Positions 13,101 through 27,117 of a stretch of DNA of 64,000 nucleotides are shown one piece after another (the stretch's first letter is position 1; each line of letters opens with the position of its first letter). The notes beneath the pieces were generated by a model. It was given only the letters and a program-made list of their open reading frames with translations. It was not told where the DNA came from and made no database searches. The stretch covers positions 89,466,001 to 89,530,000 of the forward strand of contig CM060731.1 in the NCBI GenBank assembly GCA_030704615.1, given 5' to 3'. Position numbers and translations under genes: made by a program. Source of the stretch: Takakia lepidozioides (lineage: Eukaryota > Plantae > Bryophyta).

Positions 13101-14025
13101 AAAACAATGAACCATTTGTATTCATAATTTGCGCTTAGAGAATAACGTCATTGTCAATGTACATTATCTACAATATCCCAACTGGTGGAAGACTGTCATC
13201 CGACTAGTAAGAATGGGTAGCGGATTCTACTCTCATCCCAGATCTCCCCAGATGGACATTCCGTTGCCGTGAATCTGTTTGAGGGCGCTGTCCTCGCCAG
13301 CAAATCTCCTCCTCAGAAATACTCATATACCTCCAGAGACCCTCCTGACCTGTTGGTTTGGTATGTCCATCCTTCTTCTTGTCGGATGTTGACTTCATGT
13401 GACGCTTGGCCTTGACTGGAACACACAAACCAATCCATGAGACAAATCAATAGACCTTTCAGATTCACGGTGCGTAGCAGGAACAGGAGACCTCCCGTGC
13501 TTACTGACCCTCTCTAACCTCTTAACCTACTACTCTAAGACACATCTGTTGACATAAAAAGAAGAAGTTGAAAGCAAAGAGGGGAAAACATACCTAAAAA
13601 CACACAAGGGTCAGTTATCCTAGGGGATTTGCATATCTCGCTAGCCAAATCCAATCAGGGTGAGAGCTATCGACAGGCATCTAAACATTTGGGTGGTTGC
13701 AAACTAGAGTGGACTAAAAGCGGCAGATCACGAGTCCCTCGAAGTACATAAATTATCAAAAAAAATTATAGCAAAAACACCCCAAGTTGATCTAGACCAT
13801 CTATTGTTGACTGTCTCAAGTCATAAAGAGCGGCGATTTCAAATCGCGGATTTCGTACGCAGCCGGTGATTGCCAGTTCTGGCGCGTCTATGGAGCTGGG
13901 ATACGGGCTATGACAGGTAATTGTCTCTCACTAGCGTGTCATTATCTCACGTTCACTCATTCTTGCTAAGTCCCATCAACAGCACTACGGGGTCGAGCTG
14001 CAGAAACTGAGAACACGTACAAAAG

Positions 14026-16680
14026 ATGGCTGAAGTTGCAACTACTGTGCAAAGAGCTGATATTATACGTAGAGTTAAGCAGGAGGGGGACTTCCATGGA
14101 AAAGGTCTGAGGCCTGGCTTTGCAGCGCCGTTGTATGGTGAAGTTCCCGAGTTGGGAGATGGGGGTGCTATCTCACGCCAAGGTCTTTGCAGAGAAATAT
14201 GGTTTGTGCGCAGAGGGCTTGAGCCCTAAACAAGTCAGAGACATCGGCCTAGAAGAGGTAGAGAAGTATTTTGGTCCTGTTATCAACAAGAACGGACACA
14301 GCTACGTTCATAGTGGTGACCCTCTCTTGATAGCAAGAATAAAAAAGTTGTGGATGATAGTGCATCAAAAACAGCACGCACCATCTTCACGTTTGATATC
14401 TTTGGGAATGGCTAGAGGTAACCTGTGAGGAGCAAGGGAAAAAGATGAACTGGCTCTTTATGCTGAATGGACTAATGCAGAGCAGAGACGCCGCAAGGGA
14501 GGCGTTGTCATCAGTGTAGGCGAAGGCGAAGAACTGAGAAATCGATGCTGGAGGTGCTGGAGGGGATTGCGATCGTGGTCAAATTAACAAAATCTCAGGT
14601 GCTTTTGATGCTAGTTGAGTTCAATATAGGTTGCATCGTTTTTTGCTTGGAATACTTCCAGCCTGAACATGTTAGAGGGTCGATGCAGGAAATTTTGATT
14701 TTGTTTTGAGCGATTACCCGTATGCATCATACTTTGTAGCTTACAGGCTTTCTGGCTTTCACGTTGGAGGTGGCTAAGGTATAAAGGAACTGCTAGAGTT
14801 CTCATGTTGTCAAAAGAACCAAGTTACTAATGCAGTATTTGAGCAGGTATTGTCCCAGAGTTCAGGAATATATTGCCTTTGCAAAGTGGATGCTAGAAGA
14901 GGCTGAGGAGAAGGTTACGATGGCTAAGCAAGTGAAGGAAGATACTGTCCTGGCATGCATGAAAGCTCGCAGCCAAATGGAAGATCGGAACAACCATTTG
15001 GCAACCGCCCAAGCACGAGTAGCATCATTTAGAGAGTCTGGGTCAATGTGAGGAGTCCTCTGAGTCTAGGGCTTTGTTGCAACGACAGATAGATTCGCAG
15101 AAGAGCCTTGTTGAAGCTTTCCAGATACTCGCGGATGAGGGTAATTTAGAGAATGATCGTGTCAAACAGGAGGCGGATGGTGTAGGTGGTAGACTATGTA
15201 CGATCGAAGAGACACTGACCTGTGCTAAACGACACCGTGATGCTGCCGTGCTACTTGCAAGAAAGGTGCTGAAGGGCCTTGCCAAATCAAATTTACAAGT
15301 ATCTCTTCCATCAACTTCAACTATGAGAAACCCTGCAGGTATGAATTCATCTTTGTGGGTTCAAAATTGCCCCTTTTGTGGGCTGGGATTTGAACCTGTG
15401 TGGGCAGGGATGATTACATCATATAAACATGTTTACCACAGTTGGTGTGGAAACATCCACTTCAGCTGTTCAACCAAATGCATCGAAAGGTTTTGTGAAG
15501 AGGAAATGCAGGAGGACTGGTGGGCTTGTGCTGGGATCCAGAAGCCAGGATCTAACAAAGAATGTCAGAAGCAACCTCATTTGGCAGAGTATCGTGCTGC
15601 ACCCACCCAAGGTGAGTCCCTGTCATATTTTTTGTCTTTCATCATCAAGTTTTTGCAGCAACCCTAGATCTCCTAGAATGGCTATTAATCTACATGAGAG
15701 TCCTTAGACTCGGGCACCTTAGTCTACAAGTACTCTTTGAGTCCCTGTACAGTCTGATGGAATGGACTATAGATTGTACATAAATCCAGGGAAACATATG
15801 TTCAGTGCTTATCTACATCAGGTGTTAGTGTTAGTACTTTGTGGATGAATTGTAGTGTAGGCTTAGTACTTATTTTCCATAGCTTGTCCATACAAGTTAA
15901 CCATAAGATCTAGAAGTACATCAACAATGAATATAAGTCCATGAAAGATACTCTACAATCCCTTGCCTTCACACTTTTCCTACTGAACTACACAGTATGT
16001 CCAGGTCAGTACTCTGATAGTACTTTCACACTTCTCTGTAGGGTTTTACAGGGAGCACCACCCTGAACGAGCATCTATATCTTTCTCGGGAACTCACCCT
16101 GCCACATTAATGGGAGCTGCTGTCACTTACATGCCAACAACTGGCGTACAGTGCAACGTTGATGTTACTCCTAGCATTGGGAGCAAGCAGTTTAAATCTC
16201 CATCCAACCTTGAGGGTGATTTTGCTGAATTCACAAGCAGTTGCTGGAGCATTTGGATTGCAATGAAGGACTCCGTGAAGAAGCAATTGTCATAATATGC
16301 TTGTGTGTTGAGGGCTTCTCTGATTTGGAGAAAATGCTTAGGCATACTGGGATTCAAGGGGCGTGTTTGAGTTGGAGAGATTACAACATTTTATTCTAAG
16401 GTGGGGCTTGATCTGTATGTGCAGTGGTCAATTTAAGTCTCTACTGGGCTGTCTGCTTTGGCAGAGAACCAAAACAATACTTGTGTTACATGGTATGGAT
16501 ATTACAAAGGAGGAAACACCCCCTCTTGATGAATGGTACCAAGACATTAGGTGGAAATTGGTGTCTTTGCTGTGTGTTTCAGTACTTAGACCTCACAATG
16601 CTTAGCTCCACCCTCTTTTGCTACCTAGTTAAGTTCAAGGTTTTTTCTGACAGACTGGTTGACAGCCATGTGATGTGAAC
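14026..16680 (+). pseudogene. Degenerate multi-exon gene with coiled coil and RING-like finger, probably a TE accessory gene
   Basis: Frameshifted ORFs from 14026 to about 14520, a heptad-like region at 14830-15280, and CPFC...KHVYHSWC...C...C in ORF 15074-15667. GT donor at about 15612. Confidence 0.4.
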
Positions 16681-16944
16681 TCTAGTAGTAGGGGAGTCTG
16701 ATTGACTGAATCTGTTGTAGCAAATGTTTGCAGGGACTTGCCTACATGGTAGACACCATCATTAATTGTTTTACAGTGTAGAATTAAGTGTTGGGCAGGT
16801 ACTGAATGAACTGCAGTGTTTAAATCTACTCATTCATGATGTGAGTGTTCCAGAAACCACTACAGTTGAGGAAGTCAAATCCCACTCATGCACAGTAGCT
16901 AGCTTGAGACTGCTTGTGTGTGTGTGGTGCTGTTCCTTGCAAGT

Positions 16945-17300
16945 GCCTTCTTCTGCTGGGATTGCTGTGAATTATGGCATCAGTACCCCCTTTTGAGGTG
17001 GCTGTAAACTGTGAAAACAGACCCCCCCCCCCCTGCTTTGAACAAGTGCCATGACCTCCATATTGGGTCAAATCAGCTGGAAATTGGCTCTTTGGATGCA
17101 ATATGTCATGGTGTTGTTCCTTGCATGACCCTTCATCTGCTGGGATTGCTTTGAATTATGGTATCAGTCCCCCCTTGTAAGGTGGCTGTAAACTGTGAAA
17201 ACAGACCCCCCTTGCTTTGAACAAGTGCCATGACCTCCATATTGGGTCAAATCAGGTCGAAATTGGCTCTTCAGATGAAATGTCATGGTGCTGTTCCGTG
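16945..17300. repeat. Two-copy direct duplication of ~180 bp
   Basis: ctgctgggattgct...ggtggctgtaaactgtgaaaacagacccccc...tgtcatggtg occurs twice in tandem. Confidence 0.85.
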
Positions 17301-17307
17301 CCTGCCA

Positions 17308-17740
17308 GAGAAGATCCCCCGGATGGAAAAACGGCGCCGAATTTCCATCCGAGGGCGCACGGATGAAGTCGTCTCGGGGGGAGAGGCCGACACCTGGCCG
17401 ACAGAGAACATCCCCCGGATGGAAAAACGGCGCCGAATTCCCATCCGAGGCCGCACGGATGAAGTCGTCTCGGGGGGAGAGGCCGACACCTGGCCGACAG
17501 AGAACATCCCCCGGATGGAAAAATGGCGCCGAATTCCCATCCGAGGCCGCACGGATGAAGTCGTCTCGGGGGGAGAGGCCGACACCTGGCCGACAGAGAA
17601 CATCCCCCGGATGGAAAAACGGCGCCGAATTTCCATCCGAGGGCGCACGGATGAAGTTGTCTCGGGGGGAGAGGCCGACACCTGGCCGACAGAGAACATT
17701 CCCCGGATGAAAAAACGGCGCCGAATTTCCATCCACAGAC
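17308..17740. repeat. 96-bp tandem repeat (about 4.5 near-identical copies) with an internal hairpin
   Basis: The unit catcccccggatggaaaaacggcgccgaatttccatccgagggcgcacggatgaagtcgtctcggggggagaggccgacacctggccgacagagaa repeats at a 96-bp period. Confidence 0.95.
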
Positions 17741-18689
17741 GCCCGTATCGGCCCTTCATCAACAATTTTTAGTCGTTGCATCAAGTTTTTCGCAATTTTT
17801 TGGCTGGTTACACACTAAACTTGGAGTCTTTTGCCTGCAGGCCACTTTTGGCACGTTATTCCCACCATTCTCGTCCGCTAAAGACAAATTCGGTGCCGGT
17901 TTTCCATCGATGAGGTGGACCGAATTACCTGCAAGATGGAAATTCGGCGCCGGTTTTCCATCCGCCGCGCTCCGTCTTTCTTGCAGGATGGAAATCGGTG
18001 CCAGTTTTCCACCCGGCCGCGGTTCCGCTTACCTGCTAAATGGAAATTCGGCGCCGGTTTTCCATCCGGCGGCTCCTGGATGAGAACGGCTCGGGCGGAG
18101 GGAGGGCCACGTTGCGTCATACTTCATCCGCTGAATGGAAATTCGGCACCGTTTTTTCCATCCAGCGGGCGATTGATGAAGTCTCGGGGGGAGGGTGGGC
18201 CAGGTGGCGCCTGTGGCCGACCTCCATACCTACGACATTTAATGGCGCAGTTGCGCATTAAATGTCCTCCGCCGTCGGTTTTGAACCGGATGTTCCACAG
18301 GGATTCCGCGCTTGCTTCCCGGATACGCCTTCGACACCTGATGTGACGCTTGGATGAAGTTCCATTCGAGGCATGTACGCATGCATACTGCGGGAGATTT
18401 TTTCTTTTGCTGGGACTTATGCCACGTGAGAGAAGGGCGTGGCTCTCCTGAGAGAAACCCCACATCCAGACCGCGGCGGAAACTGAAGCGTCCAACCTCT
18501 CGCATGGCCAAACTGAAGCTGCAGCAGGAGATCCCATTGTCTTGCTCACAACCCGCGCCAACTAAAGCCAAGCACTCTCAGGCAAGCCCCTTCCTCTTTG
18601 GCTTTGTGTAACATGTGCGGTCTTCTTCGCTTTTTTTTGTTTGTTTTGGCATCTTCAGCCTGGCAGCCCTGGAAGTGCATGGTTGCATC

Positions 18690-18865
18690 GCAAAAGCACG
18701 AGTTGGTGAGAAGAATGATCAAGGTCAGAGGGGTTAGAAAGGAGTCAGGTCGTTGCTGCATTGAGATTTGCAACAAGGTGCACACCTTTGCTGTAGATGA
18801 CAGGTTGCATCCCGGAATTAAGGAAATCCATGCTGAGCTGAGAAGATTGTATGGGCAGATGAAGT
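18690..18865 (+). pseudogene. Isolated PPR E/E+ domain fragment
   Basis: VRRMIKVRGVRKESGRCCIEICNKVHTFAVDDRLHPGIKEIHAELRRLYGQMK follows the PG-box/E+ consensus of PLS-class PPR editing factors. Confidence 0.8.
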
Positions 18866-19277
18866 GCCTTCAAAACATTTCACCCTGTTTTCCCGTCTTA
18901 TCGAAATCGTGTTCATTTGTTCATCGTGTTTCATGTTCATTTCTGCAATACTGGTTGAGTGAACCTTAGATAGTTTGTAATGCGTGTGCAAAGCCGGCAG
19001 CTCTGGAGAAGGCTGCTTCTGCATGTGATTCTTAGGCATTGCTTGGGTTTGTTTTCATTGTTGTTCCATGCCACTCCATACTTGGTTTTGTTTTGTTTTC
19101 ATTGTTGTTCCACGATTGTTGCGATGGTGGTTGCGATGCTCGTTGCGATGGTGGTTTTCATTGCGATGTTGGTTCTCACGATTGTTGGGGATGACAGAGT
19201 GACGACGAGCCCGACACGCTGGTGGTATCATCGACAGCTCCAACTGCTCAGTCACTCCAAAAGCCGCTACTCATCGC

Positions 19278-20270
19278 ATGTTTGGATCGCCCAACTTGGG
19301 GCGGGAGGGCAAACTAAATCTTTCTCCTTTTGTTGGTGGACGGGAGGACCTGCAGCGAGAGTACGACAGAATAGGCATTTGGGAGGTTGGTGCAGGCGGC
19401 ATGGCAGGTGAAGGGCGTCGGATGAGGACAGTAGATCCGGCAATGGAGGAAGCTGATGCACATGTAGTAGGGCCCGCCCACGCAAAGAAGAAGAAGAAAG
19501 CCAAGCACATGCAATCCCCGGCGAGAGAGCCGTCACGGGCTGCGGAGGGGGGAGTGAGCAGGGCGCGCGAGGGTGTCAGTTCGCCTCAATCAAAGGTGGT
19601 CGTCCTGGAGGCCTCCCCTGCTGCTACCCCTAGTAAGAAACAGAAGGCCTGTGAGAGGGCAAAAGAGAGGGCAAAGGAACAGGCTAGACAGAAGGCTAGC
19701 GAGGAGGCAAGAGAAAAGGCCACTGAAGAGGCCAGGGGTGTCGAAATGACAGATGCCCATGTAAGCGAGGGACGCACAGAGACGGTGGATCCCTCCAAGA
19801 CACCAGAAATAGGCAGTAACACACCGGCTGCATCCTTACCGGTTACACCATCGCGGGTGGCAGCAGCCCCCGCAATTACACATACGGTGGAGAGTGGAGG
19901 AGGGGAAAGAACACCACAAAGAGCACGGATTGTGGGAGTTCGAGGTGAAGCCGGGGAGAGGGAAGTAGAGACGGGGAGAGTGCTTGAGGTGGTTCCGGCG
20001 GTGGTTGACCATGTTGAGGACGACGAGAGGGAGCTTTCTGACCAGGATGACATCCTCCCGGACATCCCTAGGCCCCAAACCCGGAGCATACAGGCTGGAT
20101 TTGGCGGTCCTGGTGGGCTACCGGAGAACCCCCCTGCAACAGACGTCATGTCGGAGGTGGATATGAAGTTGGCCGCTGCGAAGATGTTGGAGGCAACCCA
20201 CAACAACATTGGCAGGGTCCTGGGGGGCATGGTGTACCCGGCCTTGTCCAACCCCCGCACGATATACTGG
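19278..20270 (+). CDS. Low-complexity, charged hypothetical ORF, probably a TE accessory fragment; it abuts the convergent Ulp1-like ORF
   Basis: Long open frame with a KKKKK NLS-like stretch and an E/K/A-rich helix. No recognisable domain. Confidence 0.3.
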
Positions 20271-23200
20271 GCACACTGCATTCGTTGCCCAAGTGCAAAC
20301 TTGAAAGTAAACCAGTCCTTCGTGAAAGGTGTTCCTCTCTCTGGCTGTGCAGTCTTGGAGACATTTGCTCTAACTTTTACCCACTCATAAAACACTTGAA
20401 TGAATGACATGACGTAAAAGCCACACTCCCAGCTGAATGGTTGTTGGGGCACATCAGGCGCGTGGAACTGAAATGCTTGGACAATCTCATGCCACTCTGG
20501 TGAGTCCATCGAGTACCCTAAGCACTGCGCATGAAGCTTACGAATCCACCCTAGAACAAAGGGACATTTATGCAAGTCCCTGATAGAGTTCAGGTGAGTG
20601 TAACAGCCCTTGTGGAGGTCGATGATACAAACACTCCAGTGCCCCCTGCAATGGTATCAAACAACATGGCGTCATTGCACAATCATGATGGGCATACTCA
20701 GCAGACCGACCACTCAGCAGACCAGCACTCACAGACTCAATCTTCAAACCCAGTCCACTGCACAATACAGAGTCACTTAATCGCTCAGAGTCAGACGACA
20801 CTGCGAAACCAGACTATGACTCAGGAACAGTCTCAGCAGACTCAAAGAAGTTCTTACTCGTCCCCAATTGGCACCAAAATGAAATCGCACTCTTCAAGTC
20901 CTTGCCCAGTTGTTCAGTGCTGAGCAACCTTTCAACCTCCAGAAGGCTTTCATGTTGCCCACCACCCCCCAATGACTTCAACACCATCCACTCGACGTTG
21001 GAAGAACACCAATAGTGTTGATGAACGCAGCCTCAACCGACTTCTCATAGAATCGACACCACAAGCTCCAGGAGTCTATCTGTGCACTCCGACTCACCCT
21101 TCTGACCGCCTTTAGTCATCCGGCGACAATCCACATTCAAACCGTGGGTCCCCTTCAAAAACATCAGCATGGAATTATCTGCCTTCACGTGTAGAGCATG
21201 TGTTTTGCCAAACCGAGCACCCATCCTGCACAAGCAACCATCCTTCGGGAAAGCCTCATGTACTAAACAGACTGACGTCAACATGGTACCAACACTCTAC
21301 AGGCTGAACAATTCATCAGACTGACAAGACTAACCACAACAGACAATGATGAAACCAGCAGCAGACTGACCAGCGTGCAGACTGACCACAACAGAGCGCA
21401 AAGCACTTAACGACAAAGACAGACGAGGAGACTGAGCACGCACTCACCTGTGCTGCTCCAGGAAACGACCCACATCTTTGTCCATGTCCAAGGCCAGCTT
21501 GCGGTTCTTGTTCATAAGCGCCAGACTTTTTCTTCTCGCCGTCTTGGTGGGTACTCAGACCCTCCTCGACCTCCTTAGCATGGTCCACGACAGTCCGCTT
21601 CTGGCTTTGCCTCTCCCCTGGGAAGCAGGGACAGCTGTAGGCGGGCTGGATAGAGCAGACAAACGCAGCGCTGCCCGCCCTACTTCGCAACAGAGGCTAG
21701 TCAGCAGGTTTGTTTACACTTGCTGGACCTGTCTTGCAGCTTTGTGGTCGCATGCGTAGAACTGACCCGCGCATCGGGGGGCGTGCTCACCCCCACACCT
21801 TTCTTGGCTGTCGATCCCACGTTTGCAGCATGGGCGGAAGATGTTATGTCCTCAGAAGTGACAGTCTGCCGACAGGGACGAACATCCTGTGAGGATACCG
21901 AGCAAAATGTCAATTAGTAAATAATTTCACAATGTGCTAAAACATAAACACAGTGCTGAAAGAGGAAATGGCACAACCTGCCCAAGGGGTGAGGGAGCAG
22001 ACTCCATGTAATCCAGCGCTATACCAGACGGTGTCTGCGCCGCATGTGGTTCCTTGTCAGTGTGCCTGCCAGCATGTTCAGTCTGTTGTCTCAATGTGGG
22101 CATCTGCTCGGCCGCTGGTTTCTTCTTCTGTGAACTGTGCAGTCTGCTGGCAACTCTGGCAGTTCAGTCTCTTCCTCAATGTGGGCAATGTGCTCGGTGG
22201 CAGATGGTCGTCAGTCCTTCCCTCTATAAGTGTGCAGTGTGCTGGTCAGGCCGTGCAATCTGAACTGTGCAGTCAGAGCTGAGTTGCAGTCTGCCGCTCC
22301 GAGCTATCCTGGTCAGTCCTTCCCATCTATGACCTGTGCAGTCTGCTGGTTAGTCTGCGGTTTAGTCTCTTATATCAATGAAGACAGTATGCTGCCCCGC
22401 CCACGTTGCTCCGGCAGTCCTTCCATGTGTCCAATGTTCAGTGTGCTGGTCCAGTCTGGTGGACAGCCGGCTGGTGTTCGGATCTCCATGGACTTGGGAA
22501 ACATCAAGAACATGTATGGAAGACCCACCGGCAATTGCTTCCTTTGACTCTTCAGTAAGATCTATGATACGGTTTTGCGTTCCCAGATTGAGTTCGGTCA
22601 TCACGTAGGACTCATCTATGGCTTTCGCCACTGAGCGCACGAAAACCGGACTAACCTGGAAGGTCATAGAAGGCAGGCCACGGGGAGCTGGATAAGAATG
22701 CTTACCGGTGACCTGATGACGTCGTCAGTGAATGTGCCTGAGGGAAAAGTGGACTCGGTCAAAACACTCATACTGGCAGATCCAAAAACATGTTGTTGGG
22801 AACTCAGCAGAAATTCGTCCACAAGGTCCCGGTGAGGCCAGTGCATCCGAGTCTGTTGCACAATCCAGGGAACAGACTGGCTGTTAGTCTCCTGGATAGT
22901 CTGCTCGGCCATCTACTGAGTAGGTTCGTCAGTGTGCTGCACAGTCTGCTGGCTGGATTCGTCGATCTGCTGAGGGGCAATCTGCTGGCTCGATTTGTCG
23001 GTCTGTTGCACGGTCTGCTGTACAGTTTGCTGAGGGGCAGTCTGGTGGCCATGTTCCGCTGGTCTGCTGCACAGTCGGCTGAGGGGCAGTCTGTTGGCCG
23101 GTCTGTTCTCCGGTCTGCTGCAAAGTCTGCAAAGTTCGCTGCCCGTTCAGTACTGTTTTGCACATATTGAGTATGTGTGTGCGGGCAGTCTGCTGGGAGT

Positions 23201-25930
23201 GATCCGGCCTATTACCCGGGACGGTCTGGTGCACATGCTCGGTTCCTCCAGCACTTGGGCAGTCTGCCCACATGTGTCGTGGGGAATATGTTGTTCGACA
23301 TTCCTGAGGCCAGTCTGCTGGACAGTCTCCCGAACTCCTTTTAAAGCCAGGACAAGGTCCCTTGCACCTCTGGCAAAAGAGTCAAAAGCAGCATGCACTT
23401 GCTTGTCTCCCAGATCAACTCGCCCTGCAACACATGTTGATGCAAATTGAACTTGTAAAAAGTTGGCAAAAGAAATTGAGCTGAAACACGAAAGTTGCCC
23501 ATAACATTTTACCTTCCAAAAGATTTCCGACGAGGCCAATGTCCTTGATTTGCCGGCACAGGCATGCTCCATCGAGATGAGCAATGGCGCCGATGCGGGT
23601 CTTCAGTTGGGATCCCACACCACAGGACTTTGAAGACATTCGGATTCTGCAAAACAATGTCGAATACTGCTCACTCCATCACCAATACAAACCAGTGCAA
23701 TGCCTCATCCACCACAAACTTCTGTGAATGGTCTGTTCCATGGAGTAAGTCCATCCTCAAACTATGCAGATCCTTCATCAACTTGTTGTATGAGCGGAAA
23801 TTGCCAAATTGCATCCATCTGTGTTGTAGGAAGGAAGCTGCCATGCGCTCAAAGTCCTCCTCAGTCAATCCGAACAAGTGCTTTCTTCGCACCCCAAAAA
23901 TTGGATGTGCCATAGGCATATGTCTGAGGTCTTGAGGCCGTGGGTCATCCATGAGAATCAGCTGCACAAGTAGAGGCGGCGCATTTTGGTCGCTTGTGGC
24001 TTCAATGGCAACAGCAGAGGCGGCTTCTAGAACATGGTTGGCTTCCTCAATAGAAACTCCAAGGAATAATGAAAGGGTACAAATGACCACCGCGGTCCGC
24101 AACGATCCGGTGGAGCTCATTATGCCAATCCAAATGGGGATTAATTTCTCCCACCCTAAGCCGGGGAAGTGTGAGGTCTTCAGCTCCGGGGCGAATTACC
24201 GGTGATGGCGATCGCCAAACTGCAAAAAGCGCCGTGCTATGTGAGAGAAAAGCAGTCTACTGGTCCGCAGTCTGTTGGATGACAGGACTTCCCATTGGCA
24301 TGGGCTGCATGATGGGCTCCTGGAGAAGAGTCTGCAGGATGACAGACTGCTCGTTGGGAGTCTGCTCTCTTGGAGTCTGCTGGATGACAGGCTGCTGAAC
24401 GGGAGTCTGCTGGATGACGGCCTGCTGAATGGGAGTCTGCTGGATGGCAGACTCGGCTGTCCCAGACGCATCCCCCCCCCCCCCCCCGATGCGTCTTCAA
24501 TATGTAATGCCGCTATAGCAGCAGATGACCCATGATACTTCAATAATATGTACTCTCGCACGCGGTCCACTTCCGCACGCACTGCAGTCGCTTGTAAAGG
24601 AGCATCATTGCTAGGTAAAGCCTGAATGGCCCTACGAATAGAAACACGTTCATCCTGGTACACGGCAGAGAACTTCGACGTCAGGAACATGGACGTGGAC
24701 TCTATATTCACCTCATGCAGCGGACTGGACTCACGGACCAGCAGACTGTAATGTGCGTACGTAGGGTGAGGCAACTAGTAGACTATACCAGTGGACTGGA
24801 CCAGCGGACTGACAAACGGACTCAGTAAGTAATGCAGCTATATAAAACAGACTAACTGACGAGCGGACTGAGCCAGCGGACTGAGGAGATAACGTAGGGG
24901 ACTGACCAGACTGAATAGGCAACGTGACCCTGATGATGGACTCAAACAGCACAGAGAACAGACTGGGCGGTCAGACTGACCATTATCTCTTCTACTTCAT
25001 CATCATCATCTTCATCTTCAAAGCTGTTCAACCAGTTCTATTCCGCCTGTCGGATTAATGTGTGTAGCAGACCTGACTGGGCAACTCTGTAGAAATAACG
25101 GAAGAAGTCTGGATCCCTAATTGGTGGCACTCTGGTGGGAAAAGCCCAAAGTCAACGAGGCCAATGTGCCAGGGCAGACTAGCCCTTCAGTGCTCTGTTG
25201 AGTATTTGGTTTTGACCCTAAACCGATGGCATGGGTCGCGATATTTGTGTGAGTCTGCTGCCGAGTCTGGTCAAGCAAGTCAATGTCCACTGGACTTGTT
25301 ACCCCTTCCAGGTCCTGAGCAGATTCACTTTCAGTATCAATATTGATGGTGTGGGTCTGCCGCCCAGGACGGGGTTCAGTCTGTTGCGTGGATTTTGCCT
25401 TTGCCTCGCGAGCAGACCTTGCAGCCTTCTCCTTTTTTTGGGCCCCATCACTCAGTTTACGTTTTCTGGGAGCGTCCAGCGTTTCCTGCACTTGCAAATC
25501 CTCCATTGACGGGCCACCACAATGGACGCCATACCGTGCGCGCACACTTCGTCTAATTCCAAAGTGCGGGGGTCAGCACTGATCCGCGCAAGCGCATTGT
25601 GGCCTCTTTGACAATCGACATTTCTTTCAGTATCGGCCAAGGCTTGAAATCCCGTGGAATCATTGCAACAGTCTCCTTACAACCCGTGTCAACACAATGC
25701 CGATTTAGTTGGATTTTGTCCTTGATTACCTCTTCACAGAAGGGATAGAAGAGCTTGTCCTTCTGCCAATTCGAGTTTTGGGCTTCCGGCGCGGAGGTCT
25801 ACAAATGCTTCCACTATTTTATGATCAAACTCGTCTGGTGAGTACCAGTATATTCGCTCCTTCTTCAGTCTAGTTTGGTGCACAAAATCCAACCAGTCCG
25901 CTCCACCTTTTCAAGCATCCTCCATCGCTG
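20270..25930 (-). pseudogene. Degenerate multi-exon gene ending in a Ulp1/C48 SUMO-protease-like domain (typical cargo of plant DNA transposons)
   Basis: VPQQPFSWECGFYVMSFI (catalytic Gln/Cys motif) at about 20410-20460. DFILVPI lies at about 20865-20885. Several further minus-strand coding-like blocks with stops extend to about 25.9 kb. Confidence 0.55.
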
Positions 25931-26479
25931 CAGAATGAAACGAAGGTGCAAGGACAATGAGCGACAGAGCGACAGATAAGTCCTATGAAAAGACTCACCC
26001 TAAGCAAGAAGAGGACACAGAATGGAATGGAAACACCGCAGCAAGTGAGAACCTCACCGTTTGCGACGCTTCGCGGCTCACCGCGACTCTCCACCCTGGG
26101 GAAGAACGGTCGTCTTTCGTTACGGTGATGGAAACGCAAAGAGGAAAACAAAGCAGTGCAAAACTGTGCGAAGAAACAGGCGAAGAGAATGGAGAAATTA
26201 GAATTAGAAGGGGGAAACGGGCATGGCACTGCCAACTGGCGCGATTTCACAGGCGCAACTATCCGCCGTCATCGCATTGAATACGTCCACCGAACAAACA
26301 ATCGTACTAAATTCATCCACGCTCCTCGCAATGCAGCAGACTCATTTCCCATCGGGCCGAGAGTCCAGCGGACTATTCGCTTTGCTGAGGCGAAGCGGCT
26401 TCATATTGGAGGCACTTCCCTGCCAGCGGAATGAAGACAAAAGAGAGTAAGGGAGAACAGAAAGTCGAACACACCCATT

Positions 26480-27117
26480 GCGAACAGACTCGCGGCACAA
26501 CAGACTGATGCATGCACAGTCCACAGACTGATATCCATAGAGGAGAACTGTCCAGCAGACGGACGTCTCGCCAGACTGGCGGGAGAACAAGCCAAAAGAC
26601 TGACCGGGGAAAATAAGAAGTCAAACAGACTTAGTGCAACAGACTTCCGACACAACAGACTGACAAATTCACAAGTGCAACAGACTGATATCCCAACAGA
26701 CGGACTTCCAGCAGACTGCCTCCAAACTGACTGTTATGCACGCGATAAGGGGAATATCCGGAGCACTGACGGGCCAGCGGACCCACTATGAACAGACTCG
26801 CGACACAACAGACTGATGCATGCACAGTCAACAGACTGATATCCTAGAGGAGAACTGTCCAGCAACGGACTTTTCGCCAGACTGGCGGGAGAACAAGCCA
26901 AAGACTGACCGGAGGGAAAATAAGAAGTCAAACAACTTAGTGCAACAGACTTCCGACACAACAGACTGACAAATTCACAAGTGCAACAGACTGCTGTCCC
27001 AACAGACGGACTTCCAGCAGACCGCCTCCAAACTGACTGTTATGCACGCGATAAGGGGAGTATCCAGAGCACTGACGGGCCAGCGGACCCACTGTGAACA
27101 GACTCGCGACACAACGG
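26480..27117. repeat. ~305-bp tandem duplication (2 copies plus the start of a third), rich in CAGACT
   Basis: gaacagactcgc(g/a)cacaac recurs at about 26482, 26790 and 27096 with conserved intervening sequence. Confidence 0.9.

Noticed and set aside
17308-17740. CRISPR-like array (palindromic repeat at a regular period)
   Set aside because: The intervening sequences are identical rather than unique spacers, there are no cas genes, and the context is eukaryotic.
19586-20270. The 329-aa minus-strand ORF as a single protein
   Set aside because: Only its first part is Ulp1-like. The remainder is the antisense of the plus-strand low-complexity ORF across an apparent junction.
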